This document shows, piece by piece, positions 48,424 to 57,244 of a DNA stretch of 64,000 nt. Position 1 is the stretch's first letter; each line of letters starts with the position of its first letter. Both the position numbers and the translations under genes were made by a program. Source of the stretch: Candidatus Eiseniibacteriota bacterium (GTDB taxonomy: Bacteria > Eisenbacteria > RBG-16-71-46 > SZUA-252); NCBI GenBank assembly GCA_005893305.1, contig VBOZ01000033.1:79058-143057 (forward strand), written 5' to 3'. The notes below the pieces were generated by a model that saw nothing but the letters and a program-made list of their open reading frames with translations, ran no database searches and was not told the DNA's origin.

Positions 48424-49659
48424 ATGAAGAGCGACGTCGACAGACTTCTCGAAGAGCGCGGGCTCTCGGCCGCGATCATCCTGCGCGGCGAGACCCCGAA
48501 CCCGACGTTCCGCTACCTCGCCGGGCCCGCGGCCGCCCACATCAGCGCGGCGATTCTCGTCTGGCGCCCGGGCCAGCGGCCGCACTTGGTGCACGCCGCG
48601 ATGGAGCGGGACAGCGCCGCCGCGACTGGATTCGAGCTGAGCGAATATGGGTCGCACGGCTATCGGAAGATTCTCGAAGACGAAGGATCGCGGGAGCGCG
48701 CCAACGCCCGGCTTCTGGTCAAGGTGCTTGGGGAGCTGGGGGTGAAGGGCCCCGTTCTGATTCACGGCTACGGCGAGGTCGGCCGGAACTACCACGTCTT
48801 GAATCGCCTCCGGGAATGGGCGCCGGGGATCGAGATCGCCGAGGACGAGGATCTCGGCCTCTTCGACCGGGCTCGGCTCAGCAAGGAGCCGGACGAGGTC
48901 GACGCGGTCCGGACGGTCGCGGGAGCTTGTGGAAGGGCCTACGAGCGGATCCGCAAGGTCATCGGCCGCGGCCGTCTCGAGGGAAAGCGGCTCAAGGATT
49001 CCGAAGGGTGGGTCACCATCGGCAGGCTGCGACGTGAGGTGAGGAAGGTGTTCTTCGACGCCGACCTCGAGGAGCCGCACGGGAACATCATCGCGATGGG
49101 GCGGGACGCGGGCGTCCCCCACAACGTGGGGAACGACAGCGATGTGATCGAGGAGGGGCGACCGATCGTGGTCGACCTCTACCCGGTCCAGTCGGGCGGA
49201 GGCTACTACTTCGACGTGACCCGCACGCTCTGCGTCGGGCGCGCGCCGGCCGAGCTCAAGGAGCTCCACGCGCTCGTGCGCGAGGCCGTCGAGCGGACGG
49301 TCAACTCGCTGGCGACGGAGACCCCCGCGCGCATGTACCAGGAGAAGGTCTGCGATCTCTTCGAGCAGCGCGGACACAAGACGATCCGACAGGACGAGCG
49401 GCTTCAAGAGGGCTACATCCACGGCCTGGGGCACGGGATCGGCCTCGAGGTCCACGAGCGGCCGCACCTGGGCGGCCCGTCCCAGAATCGCGACCGCATC
49501 GCGCCGGGCTCGCTCTTCACCGTGGAGCCGGGTCTCTATTACCCCTCGCGCAACCTGGGCGTTCGGATCGAGGATGTGGTCTACGCTCGCCCGGACGGAT
49601 CCTTCCAGAACCTGACCCAGATTCCCTACGAGCTCGAGGTCGCGCCCGCGTCCTCCTGA
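48424..49659 (+). CDS. M24-family metallopeptidase (Xaa-Pro aminopeptidase/prolidase-like)
   Basis: HGLGHGIGLEVHERP plus downstream E residues are M24 metal ligands. Confidence 0.75.
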   Translation: MKSDVDRLLEERGLSAAIILRGETPNPTFRYLAGPAAAHISAAILVWRPGQRPHLVHAAMERDSAAATGFELSEYGSHGYRKILEDEGSRERANARLLVKVLGELGVKGPVLIHGYGEVGRNYHVLNRLREWAPGIEIAEDEDLGLFDRARLSKEPDEVDAVRTVAGACGRAYERIRKVIGRGRLEGKRLKDSEGWVTIGRLRREVRKVFFDADLEEPHGNIIAMGRDAGVPHNVGNDSDVIEEGRPIVVDLYPVQSGGGYYFDVTRTLCVGRAPAELKELHALVREAVERTVNSLATETPARMYQEKVCDLFEQRGHKTIRQDERLQEGYIHGLGHGIGLEVHERPHLGGPSQNRDRIAPGSLFTVEPGLYYPSRNLGVRIEDVVYARPDGSFQNLTQIPYELEVAPASS

Positions 49660-49693
49660 TGACGCGCATGACGCCCGCCCGGGAGCGAGCCCG

Positions 49694-50833
49694 ATGAGCC
49701 GCGTTGCCGCGTCGACCCGCCGCCGCCGCGAGCGGGCAATCCTCGCGGGCCGGGCTCCCGCGCGCTTTGCCAACGGGGCCGACCCCTTCACCGAGCTTCG
49801 CCTCCTCGCGGAAACCGCGGGGGCCGAGGTGCTGGGCGAGGTCCTCCAGCGGCGCGCCTCCGTCCGCTCTTCGACGTTTCTGAGCAAGGGCAAGATCGAG
49901 GAGGTTCGTTTGCTATCCGAGGAGCAGGACGCCACCCTCTTGCTCATGGACGACGACCTCTCGCCCGCGCAGAGCCGCAATCTCGAGGAGGAACTGGATC
50001 TGCGCGTCGTGGACCGGAGCGGTCTCATCCTCGACATCTTCGCGCGGCGGGCACGGACGCGGGAGGCGCGGCTTCAGGTCGAGCTGGCGCAGCTCGAGTA
50101 CGTTTTGCCGCGGCTGACCCGCATGTGGGAGCACCTCTCGCGTCTCGGAGGCGGAATCGGCACGAGGGGGCCCGGCGAGACCCAGCTCGAAGTCGACCGC
50201 CGGCGGATCCGCGAGCGGATCGCGAAGCTCAAGCGGGAGCTGGAGGGCGTGGTGCGCGAGCGGCGCGTCCAGCGGAAGGGGCGCCTGGGCTGCTACAAGG
50301 TCTCGCTGGTCGGCTACACCAACGCCGGGAAATCGACCCTCTTCAACGCCCTCACGCGGGCGCGCGTCTTCGTGGAGGACCAGCTCTTCGCGACCCTCGA
50401 CCCGACGACGCGCGTCTATGCCACGAGCGGGCGCACGCGCGCGCTGCTCACCGACACCGTGGGATTCATCCGGAAGCTCCCGGCGCATTTGGTCGCCTCG
50501 TTCCGCGCGACCCTCGAGGAGGTGACCGAGGCCGATCTCCTCCTTCACGTGGTCGATGCCGCCGAGCCGAGCCCGCAGGTCCACATCGACGCGGTCGAAT
50601 CGGTCCTGGAAGAGATCGGCGCGCTGGGCCGGCCGCGCCTCCTCGTGTTCAACAAGATCGACGCGCTGGCCGACGAGGTCGGCCTCATCGGCCTGCGCGC
50701 GCAGCATCCCGGCGCGGTCTTCGTCTCCGCGGTGACGCGGGAAGGGATTCCGGAGCTGCGCGAGGAGTCGATTCGGAGGCTCCGCGCGGAGGACGGCTCT
50801 CTCAGGCAGCAGGAATCGCCGAACGGGGAGTGA
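49694..50833 (+). CDS. hflX: GTPase HflX
   Basis: N-terminal HflX domain; G1 GYTNAGKSTLFNALT; G2/G3 DQLFATLDPTTR ... DTVGFI. Confidence 0.85.
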   Translation: MSRVAASTRRRRERAILAGRAPARFANGADPFTELRLLAETAGAEVLGEVLQRRASVRSSTFLSKGKIEEVRLLSEEQDATLLLMDDDLSPAQSRNLEEELDLRVVDRSGLILDIFARRARTREARLQVELAQLEYVLPRLTRMWEHLSRLGGGIGTRGPGETQLEVDRRRIRERIAKLKRELEGVVRERRVQRKGRLGCYKVSLVGYTNAGKSTLFNALTRARVFVEDQLFATLDPTTRVYATSGRTRALLTDTVGFIRKLPAHLVASFRATLEEVTEADLLLHVVDAAEPSPQVHIDAVESVLEEIGALGRPRLLVFNKIDALADEVGLIGLRAQHPGAVFVSAVTREGIPELREESIRRLRAEDGSLRQQESPNGE

Positions 50834-52059
50834 TGGATCGGGATCGGATCGCCCGGATTCAGGAGGCGCTCCGGGAGGAGGGGCTCCTCGGCTGGCTCCT
50901 CTTCGATTTCCACGGCGTGAACCCGATCGCGCGGTCCGTCCTCGAAATGGCGGACGGGCCGACGGCCCCCAAGACCACGCGGCGTTGGTTTTATTTGGTC
51001 CCCGCGCGCGGCGAGCCTCAAAGGGTGGTCCACCGCCTGGAGCCGCGCTCCCTCGATCATCTCCCCGGCGAGTCCCGGATCTACCTCACGTGGCAGGAGC
51101 TGGATCGCGCGCTTGCCGACGTCATCGGGCGGCTCCTCGCGTCCGGCAGCTCGGGCCCCGCGGGCGCCAAGATCGCAATGGAGTACTCGCCGCTCGCGCG
51201 GCTCCCCTACGTCTCGCGGGTCGACGCCGGGACGGTCGAGCTGGTGCGGGGAGCGGGAGCCGAGGTCGTCTCCTCCGCCGACTTGGCGCAGCGCTTCGGC
51301 GGAGTGCTTCCGCCGGCAGCGCGGGAGGATCACCGTCGCACCGGGGCCATCTTGCACGGCGTCATCCAAGGCGCGCTCGAGCGGGCGCGGGAGCTCGCGC
51401 GCTCCGGCGCGCGGCTCACCGAGGTGTCGCTCCAGGCCTGGATCCAGGAACGATTCGCCGAGGCCGGCCTCGTCTCGAGTGACCCGCCCACGGTCGCCGT
51501 GAACGCGCACTCGGGCGACCCGCACTTCACGCCCGCGCCGGACCACGATGCCCCCATCGTCCCCGGCGATTTCATCCTCATCGACGCGTGGGCCAAGGCC
51601 GCGCGGGCAGGAGCCGTGTACGCCGACTACACGCAGGTGGCGTTCTTGGGCCCGTCGGCGCCCGAGCGGCATCGGGAGGTGTTCGCCGCAGTCCGCGACG
51701 CCCGCGACGCCGCGATCGCGGCGGTGGGTGACGCGCTCCGCGCCGGCCGCGCGATTCGCGGCTGCGACGTGGACGACGCGGCCCGCGGCGTGATCCGCGA
51801 GCGGGGCTTCGGCGAGCGATTTGTGCACCGGACCGGGCATTCGATCGGAACGGAGGTGCACGCGAACGGAGTCCACCTGGACAACCTCGAGACACGGGAC
51901 GAACGCCGGCTCATCGAGGGAACGCTCGTGTCCGTGGAGCCGGGAGTCTACCTCGACGACTTCGGCGTCCGGAGCGAGGTGAACCTCCTGATCGACGGAG
52001 GGGAGGCCATCGTGACGACCCAGCCGATCCAGCGCGAGCTCCCCGCGCTCCTCCCGTAG
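50833..52059 (+). CDS. Second M24-family metallopeptidase (creatinase/prolidase fold). Start is ATG 50833 (TGATG overlap with hflX); the ORF is open from 50125.
   Basis: FVHRTGHSIGTEVHANG ... SVEPGVY are M24 ligand motifs. Confidence 0.7.
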   Translation: MDRDRIARIQEALREEGLLGWLLFDFHGVNPIARSVLEMADGPTAPKTTRRWFYLVPARGEPQRVVHRLEPRSLDHLPGESRIYLTWQELDRALADVIGRLLASGSSGPAGAKIAMEYSPLARLPYVSRVDAGTVELVRGAGAEVVSSADLAQRFGGVLPPAAREDHRRTGAILHGVIQGALERARELARSGARLTEVSLQAWIQERFAEAGLVSSDPPTVAVNAHSGDPHFTPAPDHDAPIVPGDFILIDAWAKAARAGAVYADYTQVAFLGPSAPERHREVFAAVRDARDAAIAAVGDALRAGRAIRGCDVDDAARGVIRERGFGERFVHRTGHSIGTEVHANGVHLDNLETRDERRLIEGTLVSVEPGVYLDDFGVRSEVNLLIDGGEAIVTTQPIQRELPALLP

Positions 52060-52068
52060 CCGGCGATC

Positions 52069-52482
52069 ATGGCGACCGCGACGGTGCCGCTCCGCGAGAT
52101 CCGCTTCCGCACCTCCCGCTCCGGAGGTCCTGGCGGACAGAACGTGAACAAGGTGGAGACCAGGGTCGAGCTTTGGTGGGGCCTCGAGGAATCGCCGTCG
52201 TTCACGCCCGCGGAAAAGGTCCGCCTCCGCGCGTCGCTGGGCCGGCGCCTGGGCGCGGACGGTGGGGTCCGCGTCGTGAGCCAGAAATTCCGGAGCCAGT
52301 CCCGAAATCGCGAAGCCGCGGTGGAGCGGCTGCGCGAGCTGGTGGCCGACGCGCTCCGGCCCCGCAAGTCGAGGCGCGCGACGCGACCGACAGGGTCCTC
52401 CCGGGAAGCCCGGCTCGAAGCGAAGAAACGCCGGGCGGCCACGAAGCGACTCCGAATCAGGGGGCCTCACTTCGACGGCTGA
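52069..52482 (+). CDS. arfB: Alternative ribosome-rescue factor ArfB (peptidyl-tRNA hydrolase, GGQ family)
   Basis: RSGGPGGQNVNKVETRVEL is the GGQ motif; basic C-terminal tail KKRRAATKRLRIRG. Confidence 0.85.
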   Translation: MATATVPLREIRFRTSRSGGPGGQNVNKVETRVELWWGLEESPSFTPAEKVRLRASLGRRLGADGGVRVVSQKFRSQSRNREAAVERLRELVADALRPRKSRRATRPTGSSREARLEAKKRRAATKRLRIRGPHFDG

Positions 52483-52712
52483 GAAGCCGGGTCCGACCGA
52501 TCGCTCCATGCAAGTGATTTACTGGTAATCAGTTATAGCGCGAGCCCACTCTCCGCGTCTCCGCCAACCTCCCAGAATCCCCTCAATAAGATCGCCCCAG
52601 AAGTCGATATGTAACGGGGACTAACGGTCGCCGGTGCGCGGGGGCCGTTTAGTTCCGCCGCCTGCTCCAGAACCGGAATTCAGACCGCGGCACCCGGAGA
52701 GAGATCCGTCCG

Positions 52713-54434
52713 ATGAAATCGTTTCCGATCAAGCCCGGGCCAGCGGTAATCGCGGTTTCCGCGCTGGCGCTCGTCGCCCTCGCCGTCGCGATCCCCATCG
52801 TCTGGAAGCCAGCGGCGTTTCGTCCCGCCGGCACCGACGGCTCCACCCCGCCCGGTGCGCACGGCACCGCGCGGCCGCCCGAGCCGAAACCAGGGCCGAC
52901 GGTATTCCGATTCTTCCAGGAGAACCCGACGAACCTCGACGCGGCGCTGGCATCGGACGCGTACTCGTCGACGGTCATCGCACAGATCTACAGCCCCCTC
53001 GTGGGCCTCACCTCGAGCCTCGAGCCGACGCCCCAAGCGGCGGACAGCTGGACGATCTCGCGCGACGGCCTGACCTATGTTTTTCACATCCGCGAAGGCG
53101 TGCGCTTCCACAACGGGCGCGCCGTGACCGCCGGCGATTTCGCCTTCAGCCTCACGCGCGTGTTCACCGAGCCCTTTCTCTCGGAAGGCCTCGCGGCCGG
53201 ATACTTGGACGCGATCGAGGGCGTGCCGGAGTTCATCGGGGGGAAGGCGAAGGCGGTGCGGGGCATCCAGGTTCTCGACGACCGCCGACTCCGGATCCAC
53301 TTGAGCCGGCCGTACCGTCCGCTCTTGACCGCGCTGGCGCTCGATCAGACCTCGGCCGTGCCCCGCGAGGTGCTGGAGGCGCGCGGCAAGCAGGCCCTTG
53401 AAGTCACGCCCGTGGGCTGCGGCCCGTTCCGCTTCGTGCGCCGCGAGGGGGCTCAGGGCGTCGTGCTCGCCGCGAACCCCGACTACTTCATGGGACGCCC
53501 CGCCATCGACACCCTGATCTTCCACGCGCCGCAGGGCGACGTGACCTCGCTGGGAGCCGACGCGCTCCTCGACGGGCGGGCGACGCTGAGCGCCCTTCCC
53601 GCCGATCGGATCGAGGAATTTCGCGCGCGCCGCGGCATCACGATGCTCCGGTGGCAGGATCTGAGCCTCGCCTTCCTCGGCATGAACGCGACCATCAAGC
53701 CGCTCGACGACCCGCGTGTCCGCCGCGCGATCGCGCTCGCGGTCGACCGTCAGGCCATGCTCGACCTCCAGCCCGAGGGGAAGACACTCGCGCAGGGGAT
53801 TCTCCCTCCCGGCCTTCCCGGGTACACGCCGATCCAGAAGACCTATCCGCACGATGTCGCGCGGGCCCGCGCGTTGCTGACCGAGGCCGGATTTGGTCCG
53901 GAAAACCCGCTGCCGAAGCTCCGGCTCTACCGTCGGAGCACGACCAACGCCAAGACCCTTCAGGTCGATTCGCTCATGGTCCGCTCGCTTGCCGCGGCCG
54001 GCATCCCCGTGGAAACCCGCTACGTGACGTGGGCGGTCCTCGACCGCCTCATCACCGCGCGAAAAGCCCCGATGTTCGCGCTGTCCTGGGTGGCCGACAT
54101 CCCCGACCCCGATACGTTCCTTCGGGCGCTCTTTTACTCGTCCAGCGGAACGAACTACTTCCGCTACTCGAACTCGACGGTCGACTCGCTCCTGGACGTG
54201 GCGCGAGGCGCGGACGATCCCACCCTGCGCCAGAGCGCCTACGAGCACGCCGAGGAGCTGATTCTTCGCGAGGCCCCCTTCGTCCCGCTTCACAACCCGG
54301 CCAGCTTCATCGGCCTGCGCGACGAGGTCGTGGGACTGGAAATGAACCCGTTGGGAATCTCCACGCTGGCCATGGAGAAGCTCCGCTTCGCGGGGCCGAG
54401 GCACGATGAGGAACGGCGAAGCGCCGGTCGCTGA
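52713..54434 (+). CDS. ABC transporter substrate-binding protein, family 5 (peptide/nickel, OppA/DppA-like)
   Basis: Signal/TM anchor MKSFPIKPGPAVIAVSALALVALAVA; SBP_bac_5 architecture. Confidence 0.75.
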   Translation: MKSFPIKPGPAVIAVSALALVALAVAIPIVWKPAAFRPAGTDGSTPPGAHGTARPPEPKPGPTVFRFFQENPTNLDAALASDAYSSTVIAQIYSPLVGLTSSLEPTPQAADSWTISRDGLTYVFHIREGVRFHNGRAVTAGDFAFSLTRVFTEPFLSEGLAAGYLDAIEGVPEFIGGKAKAVRGIQVLDDRRLRIHLSRPYRPLLTALALDQTSAVPREVLEARGKQALEVTPVGCGPFRFVRREGAQGVVLAANPDYFMGRPAIDTLIFHAPQGDVTSLGADALLDGRATLSALPADRIEEFRARRGITMLRWQDLSLAFLGMNATIKPLDDPRVRRAIALAVDRQAMLDLQPEGKTLAQGILPPGLPGYTPIQKTYPHDVARARALLTEAGFGPENPLPKLRLYRRSTTNAKTLQVDSLMVRSLAAAGIPVETRYVTWAVLDRLITARKAPMFALSWVADIPDPDTFLRALFYSSSGTNYFRYSNSTVDSLLDVARGADDPTLRQSAYEHAEELILREAPFVPLHNPASFIGLRDEVVGLEMNPLGISTLAMEKLRFAGPRHDEERRSAGR

Positions 54435-56781
54435 CGGTCCGCGGCGGCCCCGCGCCGGCCTTCAGGCCCGTATCTTCATCACCTTCGGGGTGATCGTGGT
54501 CGGGCTCGTCTCGGCCGCCGTCACCTTCTTCGTGCGGAGCGAGACGGACTCGCTCCTCCGCGAGACCCGGAAGCGCGGCTTCGCGGTGGCGCGCAGCATC
54601 GCGTGGCTCTCCACGCCCTCGCTTCTCTCCTACAACTACATCGCGCTGAACCAGGCGGCCAGCCGCTCCCAGGCCGGCAGCGAGATCGCCTACGTCGTGA
54701 TCTATGACAAGGAAGGCCAGATCGCCGCCGACAGCCGCTCCCAGAATTCCTTCGGTCAGCCCCCGCGCGACGCGGCCGACTTCACGGCGCAGGCCGTGCG
54801 CGAGGAGCACTGGAGCTTCATCGAGCCGAACCGGCCCGGGGGCGGGCGAATCCTCGAGATTCTTCTCCCGGTCTACGTCGAGGGATACCAGGTCAAGTGG
54901 GGCACCGTGCGGGTCGGGATCTCCCTCGAGGGGCTCGATCGGGAGATCGCGGCGCTCACGCAGCATCTGATCATCGCCGGCCTCCTCGCGGCGATTCTCT
55001 GCCTCGTCGGCGCGCGCCTCGCGGCGCGAGGAATCACGCGCCCGATGGACCGGCTGGTGGCCGCCACGCGCGCGATCGCCCAGGGCGACTACTCCCAGCG
55101 TCTCCATCTCAAGAGCGGCGACGAGATCGAGACGCTCGCATGGCATTTCGACCGGATGGCCGACGAGGTGCAGCGCCAGCAGGCCGAGGCCCTGGCGAGC
55201 CGTGAAAACCTGGCGCGCCTGAACCAAGGCCTCGAAGCGGCCGTCCAGGCCCGGACGCACGCCCTGGCGGAGTCCGAGGGCAAGTACCGGATCCTCGTCG
55301 AGAGCGCGCCCCAGGGCATCCTCATCCTACAATCGGGGAAAGCGGTATTCGCGAATCCGGCGATCGAGCAGATGACCGGCCGCGCGGCCGCCGAGCTGCT
55401 CCGCGCCGGCTTCGACGCGGTGACCCTCTTCGCCGGGGAGTCGGTTCCGGCGATTCTGGAAGCCTTCGCGACCCCCGAGCATCCTCGCACGCAGCTCGCG
55501 GCGGAGGTGCTCCACGCATCGGGTCGCCGGATCTTCGTCGAGATGCAGATCGCTCCCCTCGTCTTCCAGAACGCGCCCGCGACGATGATCTTGCTCTCCG
55601 ACGTGACGGCGCTCCGCGACCTTCAAGAGCGGCTCACCCGGGGCGAGAAGCTCCGCGCCCTCGGCGAGCTGGCGGCGGGCGTGGCCCACGACTTCAACAA
55701 CAACCTCGGCATCATTCTCGGCCGGGCGCAGCTCCTCCTCATGCGGGCCACCGATCCGGAGACGGCGGCCGGTCTCCAGGTCGTTCGCCAGGCCGCGATG
55801 GACGCCGGCGAAGCGGTCCGGCGGATCCAGCAATTCAGCCGCGTCCGCGAGGACCGGGCCCAAGAGGTGATCGATCTGCCGGCGCTCGCCGAGGAGGTCG
55901 TGGAGATCACGCGCGGCAAGTGGAAGAACGAGAGCGAGCGTCGCGGCGTCAAGGTCGAGACGAAGATCGAAGTCGAGGATCCGCGCCCGATTCTCGGGTC
56001 GCGCGCGGAGATCCGCGAGGCGCTCACGAATCTCATCTTCAATTCGGTCGACGCGCTCCCGAAGGGTGGGACGATCACGATCCGCTGCCGCTCGGAAGAG
56101 CGGTTCGCGATCCTGGAGGTCGCCGACAACGGCGTGGGCATGACCGAGGAGATACGGGGCAGGATGTTCGAGCCCTTCTTCACCACGAAGGGAGTCTCCG
56201 GAAACGGGCTCGGACTCTCCATGGTCTACGGGATCGTGTCGCGGCACCGCGGCACGGTGGAGGTCGACACGATCCCGGACGCAGGTACGGTCGTCCGGAT
56301 GCGCTTCCCTGCAACCGACCGGGAGAAGAACGCGCAGCCGGGACGCCAGATGGTCCGCGCGCCGTTCCAGGCCCGGATCCTCGTGGTGGACGATGAGCCC
56401 GAGATCCTGCGCGTCCTCCGCGATGCTCTGGAGGAGAGTGGCCACGTCGTGGAGACCGCCTCCTCTGGCACCGAGGGGATCGAGCGGTTCCGCGGCGCCA
56501 CGTTCGACGCGGTCCTCTCCGACATCGGCATGCCGGACTTAAGCGGCTGGGACGTGGCGCGCACCGTGCGCCGGGAGGGTTCACCGGGCCTGATCCTTGG
56601 GCTGGTCACGGGCTGGGGGGCCACGATCAGCGAGGAGATGGTGACCGAGCACGGCGTGAATTTCGTGGTCGCGAAGCCCTTCGACGTAGAGGATCTGATC
56701 TCGAAGGTGAATCAGGCCATCAACGGCGGACCGGTCACGCTACCTCGAGCCGCTTCACCCACCTCATATCGCCCGACTTGA
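54406..56781 (+). CDS. Hybrid sensor histidine kinase/response regulator (TM-HAMP-PAS-HisKA-HATPase-REC)
   Basis: HAMP region RAIAQGDYSQRLHLKSGDEIETLAWHFDRMADEV; H-box ELAAGVAHDFNNNL; HATPase G-boxes; C-terminal receiver with VLSDIGMPDLSG. Confidence 0.8.
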   Translation: MRNGEAPVADGPRRPRAGLQARIFITFGVIVVGLVSAAVTFFVRSETDSLLRETRKRGFAVARSIAWLSTPSLLSYNYIALNQAASRSQAGSEIAYVVIYDKEGQIAADSRSQNSFGQPPRDAADFTAQAVREEHWSFIEPNRPGGGRILEILLPVYVEGYQVKWGTVRVGISLEGLDREIAALTQHLIIAGLLAAILCLVGARLAARGITRPMDRLVAATRAIAQGDYSQRLHLKSGDEIETLAWHFDRMADEVQRQQAEALASRENLARLNQGLEAAVQARTHALAESEGKYRILVESAPQGILILQSGKAVFANPAIEQMTGRAAAELLRAGFDAVTLFAGESVPAILEAFATPEHPRTQLAAEVLHASGRRIFVEMQIAPLVFQNAPATMILLSDVTALRDLQERLTRGEKLRALGELAAGVAHDFNNNLGIILGRAQLLLMRATDPETAAGLQVVRQAAMDAGEAVRRIQQFSRVREDRAQEVIDLPALAEEVVEITRGKWKNESERRGVKVETKIEVEDPRPILGSRAEIREALTNLIFNSVDALPKGGTITIRCRSEERFAILEVADNGVGMTEEIRGRMFEPFFTTKGVSGNGLGLSMVYGIVSRHRGTVEVDTIPDAGTVVRMRFPATDREKNAQPGRQMVRAPFQARILVVDDEPEILRVLRDALEESGHVVETASSGTEGIERFRGATFDAVLSDIGMPDLSGWDVARTVRREGSPGLILGLVTGWGATISEEMVTEHGVNFVVAKPFDVEDLISKVNQAINGGPVTLPRAASPTSYRPT

Positions 56782-57244
56782 GCCGTCGCTCGCGGTAGCC
56801 GACCGCCTCGAGAAACCGCTCTCCGTCGTCATAGCCCGCGGGCACATCGGCCGCGATCGACGTCGCGCCGTGTTCCTCCACGAGAAATCCCTCGAGCAGC
56901 TCGAGCGCGGCGCGGCCGTAGCCGCGGCCCCGCTCCGCCTGCGACAGCACGAGCCCGCGCAGCACCGACGGAACCTCCGCGGAGCCGACCTCGACTTCCA
57001 GCGTTCCGATCAGGCTCTTGTTGTCCGTCCGGCGGACCGCGAAGTAGTACCGCGCGTCGTCGGTGATCGCGTCCTCGTACATCATCTCGATGTCCCCGGG
57101 GTCGAAGTCGGAGGAGCCGGTGAGGGCCTCGAAGTAATCGGGGGCGTCGAGGTAGACCTTCCAGATCGTGGGAAGGTGCTCCGGTCCGGGGACTTCCAGG
57201 TAAACCAATGGTCCGTCGATTCGGGTCGTCGTCGACGCGCTCAT
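56735..57244 (-). CDS. GNAT-family N-acetyltransferase
   Basis: LVLSQAERGRGYGRAALE is the acetyl-CoA binding motif A. Confidence 0.7.
   Translation of the reverse strand: MSASTTTRIDGPLVYLEVPGPEHLPTIWKVYLDAPDYFEALTGSSDFDPGDIEMMYEDAITDDARYYFAVRRTDNKSLIGTLEVEVGSAEVPSVLRGLVLSQAERGRGYGRAALELLEGFLVEEHGATSIAADVPAGYDDGERFLEAVGYRERRLKSGDMRWVKRLEVA

Noticed and set aside
50125-50832. The ORF call 50125-52059 (644 aa) extends the second M24 peptidase upstream across hflX
   Set aside because: The upstream part overlaps hflX in another frame and is low-complexity. The ATG at 50833 (TGATG coupling) gives a canonical M24 N-terminus.
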